Shown here piece by piece: positions 63,595 through 64,000 of a stretch of 64,000 nucleotides of DNA. This DNA comes from Octopus sinensis (lineage: Eukaryota), in NCBI RefSeq assembly GCF_006345805.1, contig NC_043016.1:15252001-15316000 (forward strand), read 5' to 3'. Made by a program: the position numbers and the translations under genes. The stretch's first letter is position 1. Every line of letters begins with the position of its first letter. Under the pieces are notes generated by a model. The model made no database searches. It saw only the letters and a program-made list of their open reading frames with translations, and was not told the origin of the DNA.

Positions 63595-64000
63595 GAGAAA
63601 ATACAAATGGTGTTGAAGGCTCAATGTGCACATCTAGGAGGACAGCTGTGTAAAGAAGTGCCAATCTCTAACTGTGGAGGGAACTTGTAGACCCAGAAAG
63701 ATATGGGACAAGGTGGTTAAGCATGATCTTTGAACGTTGGGCCTCACAGAAGCAATGACTAGTGACTGAGACCTTTGGCAATATACTGTGCTTGAGAAGA
63801 CTTGTCAAGGTCAAGTGAAATCATAATCGTGGCCAATGCCAGTCTCATGTAACTGGCACCCATGATGGTGACATGTAAAAGGCATCTTTCGAGGTTTGGG
63901 CCTCACAGAGGAAGTGTGGCCAATGTCAGTGTTATGTAACTAGCACTAGTGCCAGTGGCACGTAGAAAGCTCCTTTCAAGCATTGGGTTTCGTGGAGGCA
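63595..64000 (+). mobile_element. RTE LINE 3' CDS end and start of 3'UTR, cut by the window edge
   Basis: SCVKKCQSLTVEG..PRKIWDKVVKHDL..LGLTEAMTSD..AVLEKT, then gtggcacgtagaaagc units. Confidence 0.85.

Overview
Eukaryotic, AT-rich, repeat-dense animal genomic DNA. The tRNA-derived SINEs and (GAT)n-tailed RTE repeats look like those of Octopus (coleoid cephalopod); this assignment is inferred from repeat recognition, not from a search. Only one protein-coding gene is securely identifiable: Rab9, with its whole 205-aa CDS in one exon (48926-49543, +) and a splice acceptor directly before the ATG. A CpG-rich unique region with stacked CRE/E-box/CLEAR-like motifs at ~23.0 kb is a candidate promoter. 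Most other sequence is transposon debris: RTE LINE pieces and many copies of their 3' tail, at least three SINE families, two mariner and two Tc1/maT-like relics, a CR1/L2-like end, and a 36-47 kb pile-up of RTEX-like, HERO, Gypsy and Tx1 elements. Microsatellites are abundant. Nearly all other ORFs in the supplied track are microsatellite or TE artefacts. No wholly new system could be demonstrated. The best leads are a degenerate hammerhead-ribozyme motif (8628-8673), an RTE element with a twin-priming-type 5' inversion (61480-62180), many unrelated long hairpins and inverted repeat pairs (potential dsRNA/ADAR substrates), a variable-number ~60-bp repeat in the RTE 3'UTR, and the association of RTE tails with (AT)n tracts. 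TE boundaries are approximate and family names come from motif recognition by eye.
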